Notes: generated from the sequence alone by a model not told the origin. Counted from the stretch's first letter, positions 47,603-61,565 are shown. The stretch is 64,000 nt of DNA from an uncultured Candidatus Rokubacteria bacterium (GCA_963812945.1 CAWEXD010000004.1:77178-141177); one strand, 5' to 3'. Numbers and translations are program-made.

Positions 47603-48566
47603 GGGAACCGGGGCGACGCCCGTTCGATGGGATGTCGGGCGGCACGGGGTCGGGCGGCGCCGGCATCGGGCTGGACGAGATCGCCGCCGTCCAGTTCGCG
47701 ATGTCGGCGGCCGACATCTCGCCGCGGGGCGCCAGCCGACCGTCCGCATACCCGCGCGCGGAGACGTCGACCAGGTACTGCTGCCGGGACAGGAGCGTCC
47801 CATCACACACGCGGCCGGTCTCTCCCGGCCAGTCTCGCTCACGGTCGAGCCGGCGCATCAGATTGGCCATCACCGCGTCGGGGATGCACGCCCGCTCGCC
47901 CGGGTAGATGAAGCCGAAGAGGACGAGGTGGCTCAGGAGCACCCGCCAGTGCCGGCCGAAGCGTGCCAGCAGGCGACGCCAGTCCAGATCTCGCCCGCAC
48001 GCCTGGATGAGGTGGGCGACGTCGGCCCCGTCATAGCGCTCGCGTTCCATGATGAAGGCCTTGGACCAGATCATTTCCTCCGGCGGGCACAGCCACACCG
48101 GGATGCCGAGAACCGAGCCCGGGGTGGCGTGAGTGAACCAGAGGTCGTCGACGGCGGCGACACCGTTTCCGGCGCTGAAGATGAGATCGATGTAGCGATC
48201 CCCGACGTACGCCTTGGCCAGCCAGTGTGGAAAGGTGAGCTCGCCTGCGAAGCCCGCCGCGTCCAGCACGACGAGCGCGTACTCACAGTCCTCCTTCCGG
48301 AGAAAGACGTCCAGATCCTTCGTGTCCCGGAAGATGCCGGTATGCGGCGCGAGAGCGTGAGCGCCGCCGATCAGAAACTCCACGCCGGCGCCGTGAAGCG
48401 CCTCGAGCGCGGTGCGGTAGACGCGTCGCGCCTCGGCATCAAGCTCTTCGCCGACGCCCACAGCCGGGGCCGGAGCCGGCGGCACAGCCGGAGTCAGGTG
48501 GTCACAGGACCCCGGCTCGCCGTTCCGGACGAGGTTCGCCGCTCTCACGGCGGAGTTCCGTTGCAA
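47580..48566 (-). CDS. nucleotidyltransferase-fold protein (Pol-beta superfamily minimal NTase)
   Basis: hG[GS]x9-13DhD motif: LIGGAHALAPHTGIFRDTKDLDVFL; true start probably internal (about 48461 GTG); N-terminal 35 aa doubtful. Confidence 0.55.
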   Translation of the reverse strand: MQRNSAVRAANLVRNGEPGSCDHLTPAVPPAPAPAVGVGEELDAEARRVYRTALEALHGAGVEFLIGGAHALAPHTGIFRDTKDLDVFLRKEDCEYALVVLDAAGFAGELTFPHWLAKAYVGDRYIDLIFSAGNGVAAVDDLWFTHATPGSVLGIPVWLCPPEEMIWSKAFIMERERYDGADVAHLIQACGRDLDWRRLLARFGRHWRVLLSHLVLFGFIYPGERACIPDAVMANLMRRLDRERDWPGETGRVCDGTLLSRQQYLVDVSARGYADGRLAPRGEMSAADIANWTAAISSSPMPAPPDPVPPDIPSNGRRPGSRAHRRRR

Positions 48567-48593
48567 GAGGAGCGCCTATCAGCCCGCTCGAGA

Positions 48594-49025
48594 CTAGTCG
48601 GCCGATCGCGAGACGATCCCGTCGATGGCGTCGCGGAGCTGTCCCAGCCTGAACGGCTTCTCCAGATAGCTCGCGGCGCCCAGCCGGAGCGCGCTGGTCG
48701 CCACCTGACGGCCGCCGAACGCTGTCACGAGCACGACAGGGACTTTCGGGAACTCGCGGCGCAGGATCGGCAAGAGCTCGATGCCCGTGAGTCCCGGCAT
48801 CTCCTTGTCCAGGACGATGAGGTCGAACGGTGTCCCGCGCAGCGTCTCCACCACGTGGGTGCCCCGGTCCAGCTCCGTCACCTCATGCCCGTCGAATTCG
48901 AGCGTTCGCCGGAGGAGCGCTCGCATCTCGGCGTCGTCGTCGACGATCAGCACCCGGATGGGGCGCGGACGGCCTTCGACGTCACCCGCGGTCACGGCCG
49001 TACGGGCAAGAGACACGACACTCAT
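48594..49025 (-). CDS. single-domain response regulator (receiver)
   Basis: VLIVDDD...DLIVLDKEMPGLTG...KP; immediately downstream of the NtrC-type gene. Confidence 0.75.
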   Translation of the reverse strand: MSVVSLARTAVTAGDVEGRPRPIRVLIVDDDAEMRALLRRTLEFDGHEVTELDRGTHVVETLRGTPFDLIVLDKEMPGLTGIELLPILRREFPKVPVVLVTAFGGRQVATSALRLGAASYLEKPFRLGQLRDAIDGIVSRSAD

Positions 49026-49055
49026 GCCCTCGAATACAGCAAGGACCGTGCCAGC

Positions 49056-50420
49056 TCATGGCTGCTGGTCCGTCAGCCCGGGCCCCACCCGAAGCATGTT
49101 GGCCTGCATCCGCTGCAGCGTCCGCACGCTGATTCCGAGGATGCGGGCCGCGGCTCGCTTGTCGCCGCGGACCTCGTCAAGAATCCGACGGATGTACTGG
49201 CTCTCCACCTCGGCCAGGGACGGGCGCACGCCCAGCTCGCTACTGGACCCCGGGGTGAACTCGATGCGGAGGTCGTCCCGAGTAATGACGCGGCCCTTCG
49301 TCAGCGTGGCCGCCCGCTCGACGACGTTCTCGAGCTCGCGGACGTTACCCGGCCAGCTGTGCTCGTGGAGCCACTTGACGGCCTCCTCGTCGAAGCCGTC
49401 GATCTCCTTCCCCATCCCGGCGGCCGCGCGCTTCAGGAAGTGCTCGGCCAGGAGCGGGATGTCCTCCGGCCGCTCCCGGAGGCTGGGGATCCGGATCGGG
49501 AGGACGGCCAGCCGATAGTAGAGATCCTCGCGGAACTTCCCCTGACGCACGAGGGCGGGCAGGTCCCGGTTGGTGGCGCTGATGAGACGGAGGTCCACCT
49601 TGATCTCCTCGTTGCCTCCGACGGGCCGCACGACGCGGTCCTGGAGGGCACGAAGGAGCTTCACCTGGAGGGACTGGGGCATCTCGGCGATCTCGTCGAG
49701 CAAGAGCGTCCCGCCCTCGGCTTCCACGAAGAGGCCCCGCCGCTTCCGATCGGCGCCCGTGAAGGCTCCCCTCTCGTGTCCGAACAGCTCGGACTCCAGG
49801 AGCGTCTCGGGAATGGCCGCACAGTTGACGGCGACGAACGCCCCCTCGCGGCGGCCGCTGTGCCAGTGGATGGCCCGCGAGACCAGCTCCTTGCCCGACC
49901 CGCTGTCCCCCAAGAGCAGCACCGCCGCGTCGGTGTCCGCCACCACGCGGATCTGCTCGAACACGGACTGCATCGCCTTCGAGCGGCCGATGATGTTGTC
50001 GAAGCTGTAGCGGCGCTCGACCTCGGCCCGGAGCCGGCGGTTCTCCTCACGCAGGCGCTGGTCCTCGACGGCCCGCTTGACGACCAGGGACAGCTCCGGA
50101 AGCTTGAAGGGCTTCATCAGGTAGTCGTACGCACCCTGGCGCATCGCATCGATGGCGCTCTCGAGGCTCCCGAACGCCGTCATGAGGATGACGCGGGCGC
50201 GCGGCTGGACCTTCTGCGACTCGCGCAGCACGGCCAGGCCGTCCACGGGCTCCATGACGAGGTCGGTGAGGACGACCGAGTACTCCTCGCGTCCCAGCGC
50301 CGTCTGGGCGTCCTCCCCGCCGGTGACCGTCGTCACCGACCAGCCCTCTGTCTCGAGATGGCGCCGGAGCAGCGCCACCATGTCCGCATCGTTGTCCACG
50401 ACGAGAATTCGGGATTTCAT
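49056..50420 (-). CDS. sigma-54-dependent transcriptional activator, NtrC family (REC plus AAA+ plus Fis-type HTH)
   Basis: receiver D-box, Walker A GDSGSGKE, GAFTGA sigma-54 contact loop (ERGAFTGA), C-terminal HTH; ATG overlaps HK stop. Confidence 0.9.
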   Translation of the reverse strand: MKSRILVVDNDADMVALLRRHLETEGWSVTTVTGGEDAQTALGREEYSVVLTDLVMEPVDGLAVLRESQKVQPRARVILMTAFGSLESAIDAMRQGAYDYLMKPFKLPELSLVVKRAVEDQRLREENRRLRAEVERRYSFDNIIGRSKAMQSVFEQIRVVADTDAAVLLLGDSGSGKELVSRAIHWHSGRREGAFVAVNCAAIPETLLESELFGHERGAFTGADRKRRGLFVEAEGGTLLLDEIAEMPQSLQVKLLRALQDRVVRPVGGNEEIKVDLRLISATNRDLPALVRQGKFREDLYYRLAVLPIRIPSLRERPEDIPLLAEHFLKRAAAGMGKEIDGFDEEAVKWLHEHSWPGNVRELENVVERAATLTKGRVITRDDLRIEFTPGSSSELGVRPSLAEVESQYIRRILDEVRGDKRAAARILGISVRTLQRMQANMLRVGPGLTDQQP

Positions 50421-51898
50421 GGCTGCTCCCTCCCTGCTTCCGAGCTGGCTTCGGGCAGCCAGACGGTGAAGGTGGTGCCCTCGCCGGGCATGCTCGCCAC
50501 CTGGATCTCGCTGCCGTTGGACCGGACAAGGTCGCGACAGATCGCGAGGCCGAGACCGGATCCCTCGCGAGCGGGCTTGGTGCTGAAGAAGGGGTCGAAG
50601 ATCTTGGGAAGGACATCCGCGGGGATCCCGGATCCGCTGTCTCGAACCTCGATGGCGACCCCCGGCCGTCCGTCGTCCAGCCGGTGCGCCCCGGCGACCT
50701 CGACCCGGCCGCCGGCCGGCGTCGCCTCGATGGCGTTCGTGAGCAGGTTGATCAGCACCTGCTGGAGATGGCCGGGGTCGACGAGCACCTCCGGAAGGTC
50801 GCGCGGGAGCCTGACCGCCAGGGTGACGCCGCGGGTCCGGGCGAAATGCTGGAGCAACGGTCGGAGGCCCTCGGTGACCGACCCGGGCGCGGTGGCCGTC
50901 CGCTCGGGCTCGCGCTGGCGGAAGGGATCCAGGGCCGCGCGGATCATCTTGGATATCCGGTCGATCTGGGCGATGACGACGTCGAGGTCCTCCCGGAGCG
51001 GTGAGTCCTTGGGCACGGCGCGCAGCATCAGCTCGGCGCGGCCGGCAATGATGTTGAGCGGCGTGCCCACCTCGTGCGCGATGCTCGAGCAGAGCTTGCC
51101 GGCGATCGCGAGGCTTTCCGTCTGCCGCAGGCGGCGCATCAGCTCGAGCGACCGGTCCGACTCGGCCTCCACCCGCTGGCGGGCTTCCTCCAGCCGTTCG
51201 GTCATCCGGTTGAAAGCCGTCGCGACCTGACCCAGCTCGTCGCGGCTCCGGACCGGCACCGGCGCCGGGGCCGCGCCGGACCCGACACGCTCGATCCCCT
51301 GCATCAGGTCGGCGACCGGCCGGAAGACGAGGCGCTGGAGGGCCATCCAGATGATCAGGCCCAGGAGCACGACGAGCACGCTGCCCCGCAGCGCGATCTT
51401 GTAGTTCTCGCTGAGCAGGGCCGCCTCCAGGCGGCCCGCGACGAAGGCGACTTCGAGCACTCCGTCGTCGGAGCCGGACGACGAACGGACCGGGAGAAGC
51501 ACGCTGTGCAGCCGGATGCCCGCGCTCTGGTGCTCGACGACGGCCGGCTGGCCCGTCTCCCGGACCCCCCGATGCCGATCGAGGGACACTCCAGGATCGC
51601 CCGCGAGGAGGTTCGCGTCGACCCGCCGCGCCAGGTTCCGGTCCAGCAATCGGATGCGAACGATCTCGGTCTGCTTGACGACCAGGTCGTCGGCCAGCCG
51701 CTTGACGTCGGCCAGCGTGCCGCCCCGGAGCGCGTTCTCCACCGCAAGCCGGATGGCCGTGCTCGTGACGTTGACGCGCAACTCGAACTCCGCCCGTCGC
51801 TGTGCGCGCTCGTCTCTCATGAGGACGTACGTAAACACCGCGACGACCAGGACCATCGGCACGAGCAGGAGTAGGACTAGGCGAAGTCGCAGTCCCAC
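50417..51898 (-). CDS. sensor histidine kinase (2 TM, HAMP, HisKA, HATPase)
   Basis: H-box SIAHEVGTPLN, N-box LLTNAIEA, G-boxes DSGSGI, GSGLGLAI. Confidence 0.85.
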   Translation of the reverse strand: MGLRLRLVLLLLVPMVLVVAVFTYVLMRDERAQRRAEFELRVNVTSTAIRLAVENALRGGTLADVKRLADDLVVKQTEIVRIRLLDRNLARRVDANLLAGDPGVSLDRHRGVRETGQPAVVEHQSAGIRLHSVLLPVRSSSGSDDGVLEVAFVAGRLEAALLSENYKIALRGSVLVVLLGLIIWMALQRLVFRPVADLMQGIERVGSGAAPAPVPVRSRDELGQVATAFNRMTERLEEARQRVEAESDRSLELMRRLRQTESLAIAGKLCSSIAHEVGTPLNIIAGRAELMLRAVPKDSPLREDLDVVIAQIDRISKMIRAALDPFRQREPERTATAPGSVTEGLRPLLQHFARTRGVTLAVRLPRDLPEVLVDPGHLQQVLINLLTNAIEATPAGGRVEVAGAHRLDDGRPGVAIEVRDSGSGIPADVLPKIFDPFFSTKPAREGSGLGLAICRDLVRSNGSEIQVASMPGEGTTFTVWLPEASSEAGREQP

Positions 51899-52049
51899 GG
51901 GGTCCTCAGTCTAGCACGCGTCCGACGCGCGACAGCCCGCCCCCCGAACGACAGGATGGCGTTCGTCCTCGAGCGGCCGTGTTCGCGGCGGCGTGCATTT
52001 CGCGCGCACTTGTCGCGTCACACCAGGACGCCGCGCGCGCGGCCCCGCG

Positions 52050-52065
52050 TGGCATGTGCCTTGCT
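52050..52065 (+). promoter_or_regulatory. sigma-54 promoter TGGCAT-N5-TTGCT
   Basis: about 125 nt upstream of the repeat-lipoprotein ATG 52192. Confidence 0.55.
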
Positions 52066-52191
52066 CCCCTGTCGAGCGCAGAAGGCCCCACGCGCCGATC
52101 ACCAAGTGCGGCGCGCGGGAAGCGCGTGCAGTGAACGGGACGAGTCGCGCACCGTCGCTCGAACAAGCGCGGGCATGCAGCGGAGAGATCG

Positions 52192-52512
52192 ATGATGAGG
52201 CGCTCCACTCTCGCCACTCTGGGAAGTCTCCTGATCGCGACCGTGGTCCTGGGCGGTTGCTACATGCCGCCCTCCTCGGTCCAGGCTCCACCGCCGGCGC
52301 CAGCCGCTCCCGTGGAGACGGTGCCGGCGCAACCCGGTCCCAGCTACATCTGGGTGCCGGGCGCCTACACCTGGCAGCCGGCGACGCGCACCTACGTCTG
52401 GGTGCCGGGCCACTGGACGGTTCCGCCCCGAGGCTACGTCTGGGTCCCCGGTCACTGGGAAACGCACACCACCGGGAACCAGTGGGTCGATGGCTTCTGG
52501 CGGCCGAACTGA
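52192..52512 (+). CDS. lipoprotein with YXWVPGXW (WxxGxW-type) repeats
   Basis: lipobox LGGC; three repeats YIWVPGAYTW / YVWVPGHWTV / YVWVPGHWET; sigma-54 promoter about 125 nt upstream. Confidence 0.55.
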   Translation: MMRRSTLATLGSLLIATVVLGGCYMPPSSVQAPPPAPAAPVETVPAQPGPSYIWVPGAYTWQPATRTYVWVPGHWTVPPRGYVWVPGHWETHTTGNQWVDGFWRPN

Positions 52513-52535
52513 GGACCGCGACTGAGGACCGGTGG

Positions 52536-52802
52536 ATGAAGCGTTCTGGTGTCACGTGTGAAGGACGGGGTGCACGGTCCGTGCCGGCGGGGGGTCTCGG
52601 GCCCCCGGCCGGCCACGGGGCCGCGCGTCCCCCCGGGCCCGTGATCGAGCCCGATCCACGTCTCCCAGCCAAGGGTTCCGAGGTCCGCGTGACGCGATGC
52701 CCCGTCCACGGCATCGCCTACGACGGCGAGCGCGAGATCTGTCCCGAGTGCGCCAAGGGGGAGCCTCGCGACGAGGCGACCTCACGCTCCTCGCGTCCAT
52801 GA
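52536..52802 (+). CDS. possible small zinc-ribbon protein (CPVHG...CPEC)
   Basis: in-frame ATG inside a longer GC-artefact ORF; weak SD; low confidence. Confidence 0.3.
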   Translation: MKRSGVTCEGRGARSVPAGGLGPPAGHGAARPPGPVIEPDPRLPAKGSEVRVTRCPVHGIAYDGEREICPECAKGEPRDEATSRSSRP

Positions 52803-52863
52803 CGTTCTGATTCCGGGCGGCCTATCCCGAGCGCGCCGGGCCCACGATCTTGGCGTCGGCGCC

Positions 52864-52895
52864 GTCACGTTGTCGTCGCCGCGACATGATGTCGC
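52864..52895. promoter_or_regulatory. dyad UAS-like element CGTCACGTTGTC-N8-GACATGATGTCG
   Basis: 12-8-12 architecture related to 38169 and 45078; centre about 114 nt (82 plus three turns) upstream of the candidate promoter at 52992. Confidence 0.3.
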
Positions 52896-52991
52896 CGGGG
52901 CGCGGCGCGGCGCAGAAGCTCGAATCGAGCATCGAGCGTCGTGAGGCGGCGATCGCGACGCGCCGATGCGGCCCGCGCTCGGCGCTCTCCG

Positions 52992-53007
52992 TGGAATCGC
53001 CGTTGCA
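52992..53007 (+). promoter_or_regulatory. sigma-54-like promoter candidate TGGAAT-N5-TTGCA
   Basis: perfect -12 box, degenerate -24 box; about 200 nt upstream of the glgX ATG; dyad UAS-like element 114 nt further upstream. Confidence 0.3.
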
Positions 53008-53213
53008 TTCCCCTCCGGCATGACACCCCTGCTCACCACGCGCGGACATCATCTCTCCGGCACCGGCACGACGCGGACGCGCGCCCGATCGCTCGGAATC
53101 CCATCGAGTGGATCGGCCGCGCGCACTTCCGGTCGCGAGCTCTGGGCCGTCGTCCTGGCCGGGGGATCAGGCGATCACGTCACCGGGACGCCGGACAACC
53201 CTGGCTCGGGGAC

Positions 53214-58342
<5,129 letters not shown>

Positions 58343-58392
58343 ACCGATCGTGCGGGGCTGGCGCCGCCAGCTCCTGACAGGAGGACGACATC

Positions 58393-58779
58393 ATGCCAGC
58401 CAGCTCGGCGGGGTTTCACGAGGCGGATGAGGCGCTGTCGCAGACGACGAAGGACATGCACCGGGCCATCGTCAGCCTGATGGAGGAGCTCGAGGCCATC
58501 GACTGGTACCAGCAGCGCATCGACGCCGCGGGCGACGACGAGCTGAAGGAGATCCTTCGTCACAACCGGGACGAGGAGAAGGAGCACGCCGCGATGGTGC
58601 TCGAATGGATCCGGCGCCGAGACCCGAGCTTCGACGAGGTGCTGCGGGCGTTCCTGTTCAAGGAGCAGCCCATCACCGCCCTCGAGCCGGGCTCGCCGAC
58701 GGGCAGCGGCCGGCGCGGCGCCGGCGGAGGCGCGAGCCAACCGTTCGTGAGCGTGGGATCGCTGAGAGGAGCCCAATGA
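58393..58779 (+). CDS. encapsulated ferritin-like protein (EncFtn cargo) with C-terminal encapsulin-targeting peptide
   Basis: HRAIVSLMEELEAIDWYQQRIDA..D.ELK.IL.HNRDEEKEHAAMVLEWIRR matches the EncFtn metal-binding helix motifs; C-terminal ..SVGSLRGAQ resembles family-1 cargo-loading peptides; SD CAGGAGG. Confidence 0.8.
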   Translation: MPASSAGFHEADEALSQTTKDMHRAIVSLMEELEAIDWYQQRIDAAGDDELKEILRHNRDEEKEHAAMVLEWIRRRDPSFDEVLRAFLFKEQPITALEPGSPTGSGRRGAGGGASQPFVSVGSLRGAQ

Positions 58780-59591
58780 TGGACATCCTGAGACGCGACA
58801 GCGCCCAGCTGTCTGACCGGGTCTGGAAGGAGCTGGACGAGGCGGCGGCCTCGGCGGCCAAGAACGTCATGACGGCGCGCCGGATCGCCACGTTCGACGG
58901 GCCCCGCGGTTGGGACTACATCGCGGCGCCCCTCGGCACCATGAAGGCCTGCCAGACGCAGGAGGGCAAGGCGATCGTCTGCGTGCCCGAGATCGCGCTG
59001 CTGGCGCAGCTCCGGGCCGACTTCAGCCTGCCCTGGTCGGCGGTCGAGGCCTTCGAGCGGGGCGGGCCAGCCCTCGACACCGAAACCGCGGAAACCGCCG
59101 CGCGCGAGGTCGGGCTCGCGGAGGATCGCCTCGCGTACTCCGGCCAACCGGTCGGGACCGGCTTCCTCGAGGATCCCGAGTCGCCGCGTCTCAAGCTCGG
59201 CGACTGGTCGGACCCGGCGCGGGTGATCGCCGACCTGGTGCGCGCGGTGGAGATGCTGGACCGGCTGACCGTGCCCGGGCCGTACGAGGCGGTCCTGTCG
59301 CCCGACCGGTACTACGCGTACCTGACGGCGGCGAACCGCGGCTACCCGGTGCCACGCCACACGAAGAACATCATCGCCGAGGTGCATCGGTCCCTCGTGA
59401 TGCAGGACGGCGGCGCCCTCTTCTCGATGCGCGGCGGCGATTTCGTGCTGACCGTCGGAGGCGATCTCGCGGTCGGCTATCGGTCGCACGACCGTGACGC
59501 CCTGCATCTGTTCTGCGTCGAAACCCTCGCGCCCCAGACCCTCAGCCCCGACGCGGTGTGCGTCCTGGAGGGCGCCGGTTCGCTCGCCTGA
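58776..59591 (+). CDS. family 1 encapsulin shell protein (HK97 fold)
   Basis: ATG overlaps EncFtn stop (ATGA), SD GAGAGGAG; about 271 aa with the conserved encapsulin N-terminus MMDILRRDSA.LSD..W..LD and C-terminal region. Confidence 0.8.
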   Translation: MMDILRRDSAQLSDRVWKELDEAAASAAKNVMTARRIATFDGPRGWDYIAAPLGTMKACQTQEGKAIVCVPEIALLAQLRADFSLPWSAVEAFERGGPALDTETAETAAREVGLAEDRLAYSGQPVGTGFLEDPESPRLKLGDWSDPARVIADLVRAVEMLDRLTVPGPYEAVLSPDRYYAYLTAANRGYPVPRHTKNIIAEVHRSLVMQDGGALFSMRGGDFVLTVGGDLAVGYRSHDRDALHLFCVETLAPQTLSPDAVCVLEGAGSLA

Positions 59592-59612
59592 CCTGCGAGA
59601 CTTCTTCGCGCG

Positions 59613-59624
59613 CGACACCGTGTC
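59613..59624. promoter_or_regulatory. UAS element GACACCGTGTCG (palindromic)
   Basis: identical to the right arm of 45078..45109; centre 81 nt upstream of -24 GG of the promoter at 59698. Confidence 0.4.
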
Positions 59625-59697
59625 GATCCGACGACGCGATGGCGTCCGGCCCCTGCGCGTTCCGCGGACATCGCGCCTCCTCTAGCAGCGAGTGGCG

Positions 59698-59713
59698 TGG
59701 CACACGCCTTGCT
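59698..59713 (+). promoter_or_regulatory. sigma-54 promoter TGGCAC-N5-TTGCT
   Basis: consensus match; predicted TSS about 59724. Confidence 0.6.
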
Positions 59714-59725
59714 CCACTGAAGGGC

Positions 59726-59971
59726 ATGGCACGCGCGAAGAGGGCAATCCCGAAGAGCGCAAAGAACGTGAAGCCGATGCTCGCGCCGGCCCCGCGTTCA
59801 CCGAAGGCCCCGGCGCGAGCCCGATCGAAGGATGGGTCGCCGACGGGCCAGAAGGCGCGTCGACGGCGCAGCGCCTCGGGCGCGGTCCGGAAGGACACGA
59901 TGATCCTCGCGACCGATCACGGGCCGCGAGTGGCCTGGAGCGCCGCCCGGCCGGTGTTCCAGAAACGCTAG
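59726..59971 (+). CDS. hypothetical Lys/Arg/Pro-rich basic protein (81 aa)
   Basis: ATG coincides with the predicted TSS of the sigma-54 promoter at 59698..59713 (would be leaderless); the promoter may instead serve the M48 peptidase gene. Confidence 0.3.
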   Translation: MARAKRAIPKSAKNVKPMLAPAPRSPKAPARARSKDGSPTGQKARRRRSASGAVRKDTMILATDHGPRVAWSAARPVFQKR

Positions 59972-59980
59972 GAGGCGACC

Positions 59981-60664
59981 ATGCGGAGCGCACGAATGCA
60001 CGGCCTCGTCCTCGCCCTGGCCGGGGTCCTCGTCTCCGGTTGCGCCGGGCTGCCCCTGCCCGACGGATCGGGCTCACCGCAGGAGCAGGGCTCCGGGCCG
60101 CGCCTCGCCACCGAGCCCGTCAGCCCCCAGGACGCGGCGCGGCTCCGCCGGATCGTCGAGCCGCTGGCGCGGGCCGCCGACAAGCCCCCGCAGCGCGTCT
60201 CGGTCGGCATCCTCTCCGACAAGAGCATCAATGCCGCCAACGCCGGCGGGGGCGAGTTCTACGTGACGCGGGGCCTCCTGAATAGCGCGACGGACGAGCA
60301 GCTCCTGGCGATCATGGCCCACGAGTTCGCGCACAACGACCTCGGCCACGTGGCGAAGGCGCAGGCCGTCAATGCCGGCGTCGGAATCGGCGCGGCCATC
60401 CTGGAGCAGGTCATCCCCCAGGCGGCGATCATCACGCCCATCGCGGGGACCCTGATCACTCGCGCGCACAGCCGGTCGGAGGAGCTGGAGGCCGACCGCC
60501 ACGCCGTGACGCTGCTGAAGCGCGTGGGATCGTCGAAGCGGGCGCTGGAGAACACGCTGGCCTGGCTGGCGCGCACCTCTGGCGGCGGCGAGGGCGGCGG
60601 CTGGTTCGCCACGCACCCCGGGACCAACGACCGCATCCAGGCTCTGCGGCAGCTGCCCTCCTGA
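59981..60664 (+). CDS. M48-family zinc metallopeptidase lipoprotein
   Basis: SD AGGAGG; lipobox LVSGCAG; HEFAHNDLGH (HExxH) plus downstream E. Confidence 0.75.
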   Translation: MRSARMHGLVLALAGVLVSGCAGLPLPDGSGSPQEQGSGPRLATEPVSPQDAARLRRIVEPLARAADKPPQRVSVGILSDKSINAANAGGGEFYVTRGLLNSATDEQLLAIMAHEFAHNDLGHVAKAQAVNAGVGIGAAILEQVIPQAAIITPIAGTLITRAHSRSEELEADRHAVTLLKRVGSSKRALENTLAWLARTSGGGEGGGWFATHPGTNDRIQALRQLPS

Positions 60665-60697
60665 CGGTTCGCCCACCAGGCGTCCCCCGACCGGTCG

Positions 60698-61228
60698 ATG
60701 GCAGCGCCTGAGAGGGGGAGGGCCGGCAACACGGCCGGCCCTCCCGCGCCCGGCGGGATCTCGCCGGCCCTCCGCGAGTGGATCGCCCAGCTCTTCACGC
60801 GGGTCGAGGACGTCGTCTACATCGGCCTGGGCGCGCTGCTGGCGGCGAGCGCCGTGGTGCTCCTGCTCGACGGCGTCCTGGAGTTCGGGCGCAGTCTCCT
60901 GGCCGCCACGATGCCAGGACGGGTCATCGATCTGCTCGACCGGATCCTGCTGATCCTGATGATCGTGGAGGTGCTGTACACCGTTCAGGTCTCGTTCCGG
61001 GAGCACACGCTCGCGCCCGAGCCGTTCCTGATCGTCGGGCTGATCGCCGTCACCCGCCGGATCCTCGTCCTGACGGCGGAGCTCGCCGAGCTGGCCCAGG
61101 CCGGCGGACCGGGCTTCCTCCACGCGATCCTGGAGCTCGGCCTCCTGACGCTGATGGTGCTGGTGCTCGTGGTTGCCCTGGTCCTCTTGCGGAGGCGTTC
61201 GAGCCAGGCGGTCGCCGAGCGGGCGTGA
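60698..61228 (+). CDS. PsiE-like phosphate-starvation-inducible membrane protein
   Basis: four TM helices with PsiE-type MIVEVLYTV core; start uncertain. Confidence 0.5.
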   Translation: MAAPERGRAGNTAGPPAPGGISPALREWIAQLFTRVEDVVYIGLGALLAASAVVLLLDGVLEFGRSLLAATMPGRVIDLLDRILLILMIVEVLYTVQVSFREHTLAPEPFLIVGLIAVTRRILVLTAELAELAQAGGPGFLHAILELGLLTLMVLVLVVALVLLRRRSSQAVAERA

Positions 61229-61277
61229 AGAGTCCAGCGAGGATAGCAACCCCGGAAGGAGCCCTGCCAGCCTGACG

Positions 61278-61565
61278 TCAGCGCGACGCGGTGTCGTGAC
61301 GGGACGCGGCCGGGGACGAGGTACTCGAGGGCGGATCCTGCGTGGACGGCGGGCTGGGCGGTTTCCGGCGCCGGGCGCTACGGCGCGCGGCGATGACCGT
61401 CGCGTACCCGGCGATCAGCGCCAGGAAGACGACCGGAATCAGCCCCGGCCACAGATGTCGATCGCGCTCCGCGAGTTCCGCCGGGTTCGGGTCTCCTGTA
61501 ACTGGCTGGGCGTACAGTGCCGTTGCCGCGAGGAGCAAACAATACGCCCCAAGGGCCAGGGCCAC
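61278..61565 (-). CDS. possible small two-TM membrane protein
   Basis: two hydrophobic helices within ORF 61278..61769; GTG start guessed; GC3 atypically low; weak call. Confidence 0.2.
   Translation of the reverse strand: MALALGAYCLLLAATALYAQPVTGDPNPAELAERDRHLWPGLIPVVFLALIAGYATVIAARRSARRRKPPSPPSTQDPPSSTSSPAASRHDTASR

Noticed and set aside
52803-53213. 410-nt untranslated gap upstream of glgX (riboswitch or sRNA?)
   Set aside because: No recognisable riboswitch consensus or strong conserved stem-loops by eye. It contains only the weak sigma-54 candidate and the dyad element already reported.
58343-58392. TGGCGC-N5-GCTCC upstream of EncFtn as a sigma-54 promoter
   Set aside because: The -12 position lacks GC and TTGC. 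The sequence is instead a 13-bp palindrome (ctggcgccgccag), more likely a terminator/attenuator after treY or an operator.
59558-59725. N-terminal part of ORF 59558..59971
   Set aside because: It overlaps the encapsulin 3' end and contains the sigma-54 promoter itself, so only the ATG at 59726 onward could be coding.
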